DNA of 44,565 bases, from the IMG/VR virus record IMGVR_UViG_2639762822_000001; one strand, given 5' to 3'. Position 1 is the stretch's first letter; each line of letters begins with the position of its first letter. The position numbers and the translations under genes were made by a program. Shown piece by piece: positions 9,250 through 17,679 of the stretch. Below the pieces are notes generated by a model. That model did not search any database and was not told the origin of the DNA. It was given only the letters and a program-made list of their open reading frames with translations. This stretch comes from a virus. Its lineage: Duplodnaviria; Heunggongvirae; Uroviricota; Caudoviricetes.

Positions 9250-9891
9250 TCAAACACTCCCATCACTTTCATCGTCCGACGCGTCAGAATCGATTTCAGC
9301 TTCGCTCAGCGCTTCCTCTTCCAGCGACTCAAGCAGTTCATCATCGATCAACTCAGGCTCATCGTCTTCCTTACGCAGCTGCGCAACCTGTGAAGGTGTA
9401 AGTTCGCCAAACACCAGGTTCGGAATTTCATCTTCCTCATTTTCGGCGCGATCCATGCCGAGCGCTTTCGAAGAGATTTCGAAGCACTTGGCCAGTGTGC
9501 CGCTGGCTCGCTGGAGACTTTTAAGGTCATCTTCTATGGCTGCGAGAGGTCTGCCATCCTTTTTGGCAGTGGCAACTTCGTGCATGACCATGCGCCCGAG
9601 TGCAAACGCCCAATCGTCGTAGCGAGTACGCCGCTCTTCAATTTTGTCTGCTCTCGCTTTGGCACGAAGCTCCGCATCGGATTTGAGCGATTCGCGAACC
9701 ATCTTTCCAACAGAGTCGGCGCCCTTCTCTAATCCACGCTTTTTGAAATGTCTGGAGAGCGTTTCACGACGAATGCCGTACTCTTCCTCCAGTTTTGAGA
9801 GCGTATACTCGCCTGAAGTCCACTTCGCTTCGGCTTCTGCCCACTCAGCTGGCGTCAGGCGAGTTTTGGTCTCGTCTTTTTCTACCGTCAT
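9250..9891 (-). CDS. Terminase small subunit (N-terminal HTH)
   Basis: 'YTLSKLEEEYGIRRETLSRHFKK' HTH, acidic tail, stop abuts the terL start. Confidence 0.75.
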   Translation of the reverse strand: MTVEKDETKTRLTPAEWAEAEAKWTSGEYTLSKLEEEYGIRRETLSRHFKKRGLEKGADSVGKMVRESLKSDAELRAKARADKIEERRTRYDDWAFALGRMVMHEVATAKKDGRPLAAIEDDLKSLQRASGTLAKCFEISSKALGMDRAENEEDEIPNLVFGELTPSQVAQLRKEDDEPELIDDELLESLEEEALSEAEIDSDASDDESDGSV

Positions 9892-9932
9892 AGATCCCTC
9901 TAAAACACGCAGAGCGCATCCTTGCGCCCTCT

Positions 9933-9970
9933 AAACAATTTGTTTAAATCTCTGTCTAACCAATTTGTTT
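9933..9970. promoter_or_regulatory. Two motif-B operators before terS
   Basis: AAACAATTTGTTT (9933) and AACCAATTTGTTT (9958). Confidence 0.7.
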
Positions 9971-10005
9971 TCTGGGTGGTTTATCAAAACTTGAGAGTTG
10001 CAGAA

Positions 10006-10080
10006 CCTGCTTCCGTATATAATTAATAAGTGACTTAATATTTATTTATACGGAAGCAGGCTCCACATCTGACTCCCAGA
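10006..10080. repeat. Long inverted-repeat module 1
   Basis: CCTGCTTCCGTATA (10006-19) / TATACGGAAGCAGG (10047-60), 27-bp AT-rich spacer, then GACTCCCAGA at 10071-80. Confidence 0.9.
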
Positions 10081-10085
10081 CCTGC

Positions 10086-10352
10086 TTACATCACCAGTAA
10101 CTTGGCCCTTGCTCGACCCAATGCAGTCAGCCCCAGCGTGCGGCGGTGATAGCCTGAATCCCCGCGCTGCCGACACATTCCCTTCTCCACCAGCCCCTTT
10201 TTCACCAGTGCGCGGATAGAGAACTGCATACTCTGCTTGGTCGTTTTGTACGGCAGGACTTCAAGCAGCTCGTCCAGATCAAGCAGATTCCCTCGCTCGT
10301 GCCCTAAATTGATGGTTTTAATGATGTCTTTCTGTTTGTCGGTCAAAGTCAT
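10086..10352 (-). CDS. Small winged-helix DNA-binding protein
   Basis: 'LTDKQKDII..LDELLEVL..SMQFSIRALVKKGLVEK..LGLTALG' wHTH pattern; AAGGA RBS. Confidence 0.7.
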   Translation of the reverse strand: MTLTDKQKDIIKTINLGHERGNLLDLDELLEVLPYKTTKQSMQFSIRALVKKGLVEKGMCRQRGDSGYHRRTLGLTALGRARAKLLVM

Positions 10353-10361
10353 GGCAAATCC

Positions 10362-11252
10362 TTATGCCGGTAAAGCAATTTCAAGTGGTTTATCCAAAGG
10401 CTGTTTGTCGAACGCCAGCAGCGGCAGAGTTTCTGGCAGCGAGCGACCAAAATCCGGGTTGCGGTACACCCCATATAACGGTGAGGTGAAGCTCAGGTTA
10501 TGAATATCTTTGAGTAGCTTCACGATGCTGGCTTCATCCACCAGGCTGTCGGCAATGTCCTGAATGGTAGTGCCTCGGTTACGCCCGGCTTTGGCCAGTG
10601 AACTGTTCTTGTGGTAGTCGGCAACCAGATCTCGCAGCGCACGACGACGGCGAGATTCGCTCATGGCGAACAGCTCTTTGACGATCGCTTCGTTGTCGCC
10701 AGGGTCAGAACGAAAATGACGCTGGAAGACGCGCAGCGCACTCTCATAGCTCTTCGGACGCTCCGGACGGATGAACTGGAACCCTGCTTTCATGGCGAAC
10801 GGGTTGTATTTGCTCATCGACGACTGGATCTCGATGATTGGCCTGTCATGCATCCTGCTAACCAGGTTAATCATTCGATAGGAGACGCCGACACCGCGAT
10901 ACTGCGTATCCACTACAGAACGGCTGATCACTGCAAAGTTATTGTTCACGTACCGGCCCCAATACTGGTTGGCCACGGTGGTATTGGTCGTTGGCTTCAA
11001 CTTAGGAAACATGCGATGGCGAGGTGCCAGTAGAAGTTTTGGATAGGCCATGACCACGACGCCCACCAGCCGGCCGTCCAGCTCGCAGCGATAATACGTA
11101 GGCGCGAACGGTTTACCGTCCGTCTTGTAGTGCAGCGATTTCAGCGCGTGCCAGTCTTCAACAGTGCCTTTGGATACGGTCATTCGTTCCATAAAGTCCA
11201 GATGCCGCGGGAACTCTTCCGGACGGTAGCGTTTGATGATGATGTCTGCCAT
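10362..11252 (-). CDS. GNAT-fold acetyltransferase, Mom-like
   Basis: 'LKSLHY', 'RLVGVVVMAYP', acetyl-CoA-binding motif 'ISRSVVDTQYRGVGVS'. Confidence 0.7.
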   Translation of the reverse strand: MADIIIKRYRPEEFPRHLDFMERMTVSKGTVEDWHALKSLHYKTDGKPFAPTYYRCELDGRLVGVVVMAYPKLLLAPRHRMFPKLKPTTNTTVANQYWGRYVNNNFAVISRSVVDTQYRGVGVSYRMINLVSRMHDRPIIEIQSSMSKYNPFAMKAGFQFIRPERPKSYESALRVFQRHFRSDPGDNEAIVKELFAMSESRRRRALRDLVADYHKNSSLAKAGRNRGTTIQDIADSLVDEASIVKLLKDIHNLSFTSPLYGVYRNPDFGRSLPETLPLLAFDKQPLDKPLEIALPA

Positions 11253-11257
11253 GTCGA

Positions 11258-11512
11258 TCACCTGCGCTCGATATTGGCATTGATGAAATCCAGGCGAAGA
11301 GATTCCATCGCTCCCACCATGACATACGGGCGCCCGCCGTTATGCCAGCAATCAAGAACACTGCCGTCGTTGTTGATCATCAGCAGCGCCAGGCTCTGGC
11401 TTTTGCCTTCTCTGGCGTACTGAAGTGCTTCTTCCAGCAGGCGGATGACTTCAACGTTATTGTTGTCAGCCTCTTTCGATGGCTTCAGCTCTACGATCTT
11501 CAAATCAGGCAT
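11258..11512 (-). CDS. Hypothetical protein
   Basis: 84 aa, overlaps both neighbours (translational coupling). Confidence 0.7.
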   Translation of the reverse strand: MPDLKIVELKPSKEADNNNVEVIRLLEEALQYAREGKSQSLALLMINNDGSVLDCWHNGGRPYVMVGAMESLRLDFINANIERR

Positions 11513-12143
11513 ATTCCACCTTCACGCGTTCTTTGTAGTGCTTGGTGATCTGCATATCCGGCCGCAGTGCGTTCTTCAGATCTTCGTGTGTCGTCGCCAC
11601 CATTACCGTCGCGCCAACCTTACGAGCGGCACGCTGGAGGTTCGACGCAACAACCTGAGCGGTTACACGGTCGAGAACGGCGCCAAATTCGTCGGCCGCC
11701 CACACTTTCGCGCCGGACTCGATTAGCTTGGCGATTTTGAGACGGTATTTCTGGCCGTCAGACATTTCGGATGGCTTGCGCACAAAGAGATAGGCGTCAT
11801 TCAATCCGGCCATAGACAACAGCCCCAGCGCTTCGCTGGTGGTTTTGCCCAGCTGGTCGATAACGTTAACCTCATTGTCGAAAGCAAAATCATCGATTGA
11901 GGCCACAGAAAGACCTTCATCCTTCATCTGGCGTTGCAGCTCGCGCAGCACAACGGATTTGCCTGAACCGGATTGTCCGGTGATGTACACAACATCACCC
12001 TGCTTCACTTCCAGCTCCAGATTGTCGTAAAGCGTCCACTCTTTTTCGTCCAGACCAAGACCGAACGATTCGGCAATTTCCAGCGTTCGCGTGGTTTTGT
12101 TCACGCGGGTCTGGAACGACACGTTGATGGTGTACTTACTCAT
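11505..12143 (-). CDS. Stand-alone ABC-family ATPase (no membrane partner)
   Basis: Walker A 'GQSGSGKS', signature 'MSDGQ', Walker B 'WAADE', H-loop 'TTH'. Confidence 0.9.
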   Translation of the reverse strand: MSKYTINVSFQTRVNKTTRTLEIAESFGLGLDEKEWTLYDNLELEVKQGDVVYITGQSGSGKSVVLRELQRQMKDEGLSVASIDDFAFDNEVNVIDQLGKTTSEALGLLSMAGLNDAYLFVRKPSEMSDGQKYRLKIAKLIESGAKVWAADEFGAVLDRVTAQVVASNLQRAARKVGATVMVATTHEDLKNALRPDMQITKHYKERVKVEYA

Positions 12144-12808
12144 GCAGCCAGCTCCCCGGATGACACTTTCTCCGCATACGCCACGAAAGCGTTCACCCCG
12201 CGCTCTCCCGTGATTTCTTCCATGTGGGCGAGCAAATCCCCAACCACAATGGCAGAGCCAGCAGGAAGCGTTTTAAAACCCAATACGTCGATGACACGGA
12301 CTTCTTCAGCGGCCACTTCGCGACTGATCTCGGTGTGCTCTTCTTTCTGGCGTTCCGTCTCTTCGCCCAGATCGAGCACCAGAGAGCCGGTTTCCATCTC
12401 TTCGGTCATGCTGCCGACAAGCACATTCAGTTCACGCTCTTCAAAACCGAAGACCTCGACGTCGCCCAGCACCAGGGATTCCAGTTCCTGCTGCAATTTG
12501 ATGGCGTCGTAATCGATACTGGCAAGGCGGTTGTCTTCCAGACGCTTCGCCTTCACCTCTTCTTCATTCAGATCGTCGCGAACAATGACCGGCACACGCT
12601 CCAGACCAGCCAGAAGTGCCGCCTCGCGACGACCATGACCAGTAATGATGACGCCGTTCTTGTCGATCGTGATCGGCTGGTCAAAACCGCGCTTTATGAT
12701 GGCGGCAGCCAGATCGCGGATCTGCTGTTCATCATGTTTTTTGGCGTTCATCTCATACGGGATGAGTTCAGCCGGGTTTCGATAGACGATTTCAAAGTTC
12801 TTGGTCAT
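12140..12808 (-). CDS. ParB/Srx N-terminal domain protein
   Basis: 'LIPYEMNAKKH', 'GFDQPI', 'IITGHGRREAA'; start coupled to the upstream stop (TAATG). Confidence 0.85.
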   Translation of the reverse strand: MTKNFEIVYRNPAELIPYEMNAKKHDEQQIRDLAAAIIKRGFDQPITIDKNGVIITGHGRREAALLAGLERVPVIVRDDLNEEEVKAKRLEDNRLASIDYDAIKLQQELESLVLGDVEVFGFEERELNVLVGSMTEEMETGSLVLDLGEETERQKEEHTEISREVAAEEVRVIDVLGFKTLPAGSAIVVGDLLAHMEEITGERGVNAFVAYAEKVSSGELAA

Positions 12809-13488
12809 TACATACGCTCCTTGTAGTAGTCGACCAGCCACACCAGGGCTTCCCCGGCGTTCTCCATTTCGTTACCGGTGTTGATCCCCTGCTCTTTGAT
12901 GATGGTTTTGATGGTGTCGGCGACGCGATCTGACGCATCAAATGTCACTTTGAAGCGCATCGTCTGGTGTTCTGCGCCAACGCGCTCCGTTTTCTCGCGG
13001 CGATCGTCGTCAGCTGGCTCATCATCGCCGCGGGAAAGCGCTTCCAGCGCTTCGAGATCAATGGCAGAGGCTTTGGCAAGGGTGGCCGCCATTTCATCGT
13101 CATAGGGGGCAATATCGGAAAGCCGGTAGTCGATTTCAGACTGGATTTCTTCGATCAGTCGCTGCAAAGCGACCTGATCGTCTTCGCCGTAACGTTCGTT
13201 ATCGACAAGTGACATCTGCTTGGCCACCAGGTCGTTGATTTTGCCAACCGAGATGACAGGAACAGTCGAAATTCCCTGCTCTATCGCAGCCCGCCAGCGA
13301 TGTTCGCCACCGAGGATCTGGAAAGTGCCACCGTCCAGCTCACGGGCCAAAATTGGCTTAAAAAAGCCCAGCTTCTCGATAGAACCTTTCAGTTTTTCGA
13401 AGTTTTGCGCCCCCACCGAGTTGGTGTTCCAGGGATTCGGACACAGGTTCGCAACTTCAACCTGCAAAATCGTAATTTTCACATCCAT
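12808..13488 (-). CDS. ParB/Srx N-terminal domain protein (second paralogue)
   Basis: 'PNPWNTN', 'GFFKPI', 'ILGGEHRWRAA'. Start uncertain (13483-13506). Confidence 0.85.
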   Translation of the reverse strand: MDVKITILQVEVANLCPNPWNTNSVGAQNFEKLKGSIEKLGFFKPILARELDGGTFQILGGEHRWRAAIEQGISTVPVISVGKINDLVAKQMSLVDNERYGEDDQVALQRLIEEIQSEIDYRLSDIAPYDDEMAATLAKASAIDLEALEALSRGDDEPADDDRREKTERVGAEHQTMRFKVTFDASDRVADTIKTIIKEQGINTGNEMENAGEALVWLVDYYKERM

Positions 13489-13505
13489 TTTCTTGATACA
13501 ATCCA

Positions 13506-13531
13506 TTATATAAGTACTTACTTATTATAAT
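13506..13531. promoter_or_regulatory. Motif A in the divergent ParB-operon/helicase gap
   Basis: TTATATAAGTACTTACTTAT with a TATAAT on each strand. Confidence 0.7.
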
Positions 13532-13570
13532 AGCCAATTAACACACAAAAGGCACGAAGGAAAGAGGTTT

Positions 13571-15130
13571 ATGACAGTTCGTATTGTATCGAATGCCGTC
13601 AATGCACTTATTTCGGGTGCAGATGACAATGTAAAAAGGCTCGTTCAGGAAATGTTGAGCTACGAGGTGGAGGCTGGCGACTGGAAAGGCACCAGCACGA
13701 TGTTCAACTGGAGCAAGAATGCGTTCCCGGCCGGCTTTGCCAAGCCAGTGGCAGCCAACCTTCTCAAAGCGGGCATCAAATGCGTCCACGTTCGTAAGGA
13801 TAAAGCGCCGCCGCTTGGCAAGCCTAATCCAGTCGTTAATCCGTTTCCGTACAACCCTGACTATGCCTATCAAGATCAGACTGTCGAAACGCTCGTTCGC
13901 GAGGGGATGATGATCGCGCAAATTGCGACAGGGGGCGGGAAGTCTAACGTAGCGTGTAAAGCAGCAGCACGTATTGGGCGAATGACGTTGTTTTTAACCA
14001 CGCGTTCTGTTTTGATGTTCCAGATGGCTGAAAATTTCCAAAAATCTATCGATTATCGAGCTGAAAACGGAGAACCGTGGCTTAAAGGCCAGAAGGTGGG
14101 CGTAATAGGATCTGGTCAGTCTCAGGTTTCACGCCATATCAACGTCGCAACGGTGCAAACCCTGGCCAGCTTCCTTGAAGAACCGCCACGCGATGCTTCA
14201 CCGGAAAAGAGGAATCACCACCTTAGACGTCAGGGGCTTGTTAAGCGATTCCTATCCAGCGTTTCCCTCCTGATTCTGGAAGAAGCCCACGAATCATCAG
14301 GCTCCAATTTCTACGATATAGCGCGGTTATGCATTAATGCTGATTATCGATTGGCTCTGACAGCTACACCGTTTATGAAGGATTCGACGGAAGCGAACAT
14401 GCGTCTCATGGCAGTAGCCGGGCGAATTGAGATCAAAGTCACCGAAAAATACTTGATCGACCGAGGTATTTTAGCAAGGCCCTACTTTCTTTATCATAAG
14501 ATCTCGTACACTCCGGATGAGGTACGAATCCGGGCCGAACTTGCTTCAAAACATCTCAATTTCAGGGTCGGAATGAGCACTGCGTATCAGAAAGCCTATC
14601 AATTAGGTATTGTCTACAATCTGGCTCGCAACGAAGCCATTGTGCGTGAGGCGCTCATGTACAAAAGCCACGGCCTGAACTGTATGACACTGGTGCGTCT
14701 GAAAAGGCATGGACAGATCCTGATGGAAATGATGAGAGAGAGCGGCCTTAACGTCGACTTTATCTATGGGGAGTCAAATCAGTCTACCCGGCAAGCCAAA
14801 CTGAGCAGCTTAGCGGCAGGCAAGATAGACGTTTTGATTGGCTCAACCATACTGGATGTAGGCGTCGATGTTCCTAGCGTCGGCGCGGTAATTCTGGGTG
14901 GTGGAGGAAAGGCCGAAGTTGAAATGCGTCAGCGCGTAGGACGTGGCCTTCGAGCCAAGAAAAATCAGGCGAATGTGTGTTTTGTTACCGACTTCATCGA
15001 TGTAAGCAACAAGTATCTCATGTCGCACTCATATGAACGGAAAAACATCATCGACACTACGCCTGGGTTTGCCGAGGGCGTATTGCCAGTGGGTAGCACC
15101 TTCGATTTTACTGTTTTAAATAGAGAGTAA
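13571..15130 (+). CDS. SF2 DNA helicase (UvsW/D10-like)
   Basis: Motif I 'ATGGGKS', motif II variant 'LEEAH', motif III 'TAT', 'LDVGVDVP', motif VI 'QRVGRGLR'. Confidence 0.9.
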   Translation: MTVRIVSNAVNALISGADDNVKRLVQEMLSYEVEAGDWKGTSTMFNWSKNAFPAGFAKPVAANLLKAGIKCVHVRKDKAPPLGKPNPVVNPFPYNPDYAYQDQTVETLVREGMMIAQIATGGGKSNVACKAAARIGRMTLFLTTRSVLMFQMAENFQKSIDYRAENGEPWLKGQKVGVIGSGQSQVSRHINVATVQTLASFLEEPPRDASPEKRNHHLRRQGLVKRFLSSVSLLILEEAHESSGSNFYDIARLCINADYRLALTATPFMKDSTEANMRLMAVAGRIEIKVTEKYLIDRGILARPYFLYHKISYTPDEVRIRAELASKHLNFRVGMSTAYQKAYQLGIVYNLARNEAIVREALMYKSHGLNCMTLVRLKRHGQILMEMMRESGLNVDFIYGESNQSTRQAKLSSLAAGKIDVLIGSTILDVGVDVPSVGAVILGGGGKAEVEMRQRVGRGLRAKKNQANVCFVTDFIDVSNKYLMSHSYERKNIIDTTPGFAEGVLPVGSTFDFTVLNRE

Positions 15131-15132
15131 TA

Positions 15133-15411
15133 ATGAGCGATAAACGCGCTATACATTGCCAGGTGCAACTGACCGAGAAGGCCAACGACAAGCTGGAAAA
15201 CTTTCAAAATCGTCTTCGTGAACGCAACATTAAGTTGTCAAAGGCAGACATCATCAATCTGGTGCTGGCCAACATGACAGTTGCCGATTTTGATAAGGCA
15301 GCGACATCTCTGGAGGCGTCAGCGAAAGCTCGTGAAAAAGTCATGAAAATTTACGAGAACTCGGGGATGACCAAAGAAGATTTGGCCGATATTCTAAAAC
15401 GTCTCGACTGA
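15133..15411 (+). CDS. Putative ribbon-helix-helix DNA-binding protein
   Basis: Alternating strand 'IHCQVQL', then two helices 'EKANDKLENF..' and 'SKADIINLVL'. Confidence 0.5.
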   Translation: MSDKRAIHCQVQLTEKANDKLENFQNRLRERNIKLSKADIINLVLANMTVADFDKAATSLEASAKAREKVMKIYENSGMTKEDLADILKRLD

Positions 15412-15417
15412 ATCAAG

Positions 15418-15442
15418 ATGGCGCCTAAAGGCGCCATGTTTT
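15418..15442 (+). terminator. Rho-independent terminator
   Basis: ATGGCGCC-TAAA-GGCGCCAT-GTTTT. Confidence 0.6.
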
Positions 15443-15473
15443 AATGAACTGATAAGGACTTTGTTCAGGTACG

Positions 15474-15896
15474 ATGAAATACGTAATAATTCCACTAATC
15501 ACCACCTCTGCTTTACTTCTTTCCGCATGTCAGTCCCGTCCTGTTTCTGTTTCTGATGCAAAACCCGCGCCGCAGGCCAGAGTATTCAAATATCAGACTC
15601 CAGAAGCCTCCACCCTGGTGGTCTTACGTGATAAAGGCATGGTCGGCTCTGGATGTGACGCTTCCATCTTCATCAATGGGGAAACCGTCGCAAAACTGGA
15701 GACAGGTGAAAAAGCCACTTTCCATCTTGCAGCTGGAGAATGGATCGTCGGAGCCTCACTTGAAGGTTCTGGACTGTGCGCACTTAATCCGGCACGACAG
15801 GAGCGCGAAACAATTACCAAAGCCGGTGACACGAAAGTGTTCAGGGTGTTTACCAGCAATGCTGGTGACATAGATATTCTTCCAACGACGCTGTAA
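15474..15896 (+). CDS. Lipoprotein (DUF2846-like beta sandwich)
   Basis: Signal peptide with lipobox 'LLLSAC'. Confidence 0.75.
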   Translation: MKYVIIPLITTSALLLSACQSRPVSVSDAKPAPQARVFKYQTPEASTLVVLRDKGMVGSGCDASIFINGETVAKLETGEKATFHLAAGEWIVGASLEGSGLCALNPARQERETITKAGDTKVFRVFTSNAGDIDILPTTL

Positions 15897-15900
15897 TGAC

Positions 15901-16428
15901 ATGACGAACATAACTGACATCACCTACGGTATACCTGCAGAAGTCTGGCCGCGGGATTATTCTAACGTCGAGAAGGCACTCATGTTCTGGCGTAAATCCC
16001 TCATTCCTGTAAGGGTCACGATGGAGGATGGTCAGGTGTTCTGCATGTATGTGCAGGGTCTAATGTCTTCCCGCAATAAGGTTGACCTTTGCCCTGCCCC
16101 GTTCGACAAAGAAAATCGTATAAGGCTCCCACTTGAGCGGATCAGCACGATTGAGTCGGGTGTGACAGAAGGTATTGGACACGACTTCAAGGGGCGAATC
16201 ACGATTAACCCCGAATATGTTGATAATCGGCCATCTCGCCGGGACTTCTTCAAAATCTGTCGCCAGGCTCATGCGTCTCAGAAGTCTATAAGGGTGTACA
16301 TGGCGGATGGCCGTGAAATTGAAGGTGTGTCATTAGGCGTTGACGCTTGCCAGGTCACGATCGGCATTGGTGAAGGTCGCAAGATGGTGGTCTTGTTCGA
16401 TTGGGTCGAAAGGATTATACCGTTTTAA
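15901..16428 (+). CDS. Protein with two Sm/Hfq-like domains (tentative)
   Basis: Two repeats of helix + 'PVRVTMEDG' / 'SIRVYMADGREIEG..GVD' + 'ISTIE' / 'VERIIP'. Confidence 0.5.
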   Translation: MTNITDITYGIPAEVWPRDYSNVEKALMFWRKSLIPVRVTMEDGQVFCMYVQGLMSSRNKVDLCPAPFDKENRIRLPLERISTIESGVTEGIGHDFKGRITINPEYVDNRPSRRDFFKICRQAHASQKSIRVYMADGREIEGVSLGVDACQVTIGIGEGRKMVVLFDWVERIIPF

Positions 16429-16439
16429 ATCTATAAGGG

Positions 16440-16469
16440 TAATAACCGGCTAAGTCCGGTTATTATTTT
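16440..16469 (+). terminator. Rho-independent terminator
   Basis: TAATAACCGG-CTAAGT-CCGGTTATTA-TTTT. Confidence 0.65.
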
Positions 16470-16642
16470 ATGGGTCACTTCTTCACTATATATCCCTTAC
16501 AGCCAATTCCCGCTAATAATATATAAGGGCAATCTCACAATTGCGTTATTTATTTAGGTAACACCTTCAAGAAAAACGGATTTATTTCTAAGACTTTGAT
16601 TTTTATTGAATAAAAATTTTCCTGCTACCTTACAAAAAATAC

Positions 16643-16670
16643 TTGCTTTTAAAATTCATATAGCGATAAT
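16643..16670 (+). promoter_or_regulatory. Sigma70 promoter with AT-rich upstream region
   Basis: TTGCTT-16nt-GATAAT, preceded by ~100 bp of very AT-rich DNA. Confidence 0.6.
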
Positions 16671-16748
16671 TACACACATCGAAAGCGAACACGCTAACGA
16701 TAAATAAAAAACAAATTAATTTTCAATATTACATAAGGATTAAATATC

Positions 16749-17396
16749 ATGTCTAACGTTATCTCTAAAAAAGCTATCATCGACGCTGCTGTAGTTATCA
16801 CTGAAGAGCTTCAGATCAAAGCAAATGAAGCAAGCCAGACACGCGAACAACGCGCTAAAAATGGAACTGCTACCAAAGCAGATAAAGCTAACGAGCTTGC
16901 AGCCACTACTAAACTTGCATACTTCACTAACAACGTATTAAACGCGCTTAAAGATGAAAAATTAGCTGGTGTCTTTTACTACGCGATTAAAGCCAGCAAG
17001 CAAGATCCAGAAGTATTTTTCCGTGAAGCGATGACTAATAGCTACTCTCTCGAAAAGCTGGTTTATCTGGTCAAGTCTATCAAGTCTGGTAAATGCGTTT
17101 ATTCAGTCGCTGATATGTCAGGATCTCGCGTATTCGCATTAATTGAAATGATTAATGATGAAATGGAAACTTTTACTAATGGCGCTGTATTCGATTTAAT
17201 GAATGAAGCTAAAAAAGCATGTGAGATTAAATTAGACGCTGGCTACACTCAAGCCAATCAGCTTATCAATTTGTGTGAACGTTTGGGACTGGTCGAGAAG
17301 ATCAAAGGAATGGGCGCTGCTAAAAACGGATCTCAGCAATATCGCTTTATCAAGAATGATTTTTATAACTATCTGGCTGAAGCGTTCAAAGCGTAA
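16749..17396 (+). CDS. Hypothetical protein with C-terminal winged helix
   Basis: TAAGGA RBS; 'GYTQANQLINLCERLGLVEKIKG..QYRF' wHTH-like; AT-rich codons. Confidence 0.7.
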   Translation: MSNVISKKAIIDAAVVITEELQIKANEASQTREQRAKNGTATKADKANELAATTKLAYFTNNVLNALKDEKLAGVFYYAIKASKQDPEVFFREAMTNSYSLEKLVYLVKSIKSGKCVYSVADMSGSRVFALIEMINDEMETFTNGAVFDLMNEAKKACEIKLDAGYTQANQLINLCERLGLVEKIKGMGAAKNGSQQYRFIKNDFYNYLAEAFKA

Positions 17397-17446
17397 TTAG
17401 ATGGATATAGCGCCCACTATGGGCGCTAGTTTTAAGGATAAAAATC

Positions 17447-17650
17447 ATGACAAGCTATGACCAGATCCGCGCGGAGTATCGAGCAAAATATCGCGCTTAT
17501 AAACTTGAATTAATCGACGATCTAAAAGCGCAACGCGATAAACTAAATTTTACTTTTGCTGATTTGCTTAACAGTAAAAGAGACTGTAAACGCAAGCGTG
17601 AATATTTGCGCTTGTCTGAAATGATCGGAAAACTGCAAAACAGCATTTAA
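17447..17650 (+). CDS. Small basic hypothetical protein
   Basis: 67 aa, TAAGGA RBS, flanked by identical hairpins. Confidence 0.7.
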   Translation: MTSYDQIRAEYRAKYRAYKLELIDDLKAQRDKLNFTFADLLNSKRDCKRKREYLRLSEMIGKLQNSI

Positions 17651-17655
17651 ACAAA

Positions 17656-17679
17656 AGCGCCCACTATGGGCGCTTTTTT
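17656..17679 (+). terminator. Rho-independent terminator (hairpin identical to 17409-17427)
   Basis: AGCGCCCACTATGGGCGCT followed by TTTTT. Confidence 0.8.

Noticed and set aside
10006-10060. loxP/dif-type recombinase site or protelomerase target
   Set aside because: The 24-27 bp spacer is far longer than the 6-8 bp of tyrosine recombinase sites, and telomere sites are near-perfect palindromes. Kept only as an unexplained inverted-repeat module.
12140-13506. Plasmid partition (parAB) locus
   Set aside because: There is no Walker-type ParA; the partner is an ABC ATPase. The ParB proteins show only the N-terminal Srx domain and the context is terminase-proximal.
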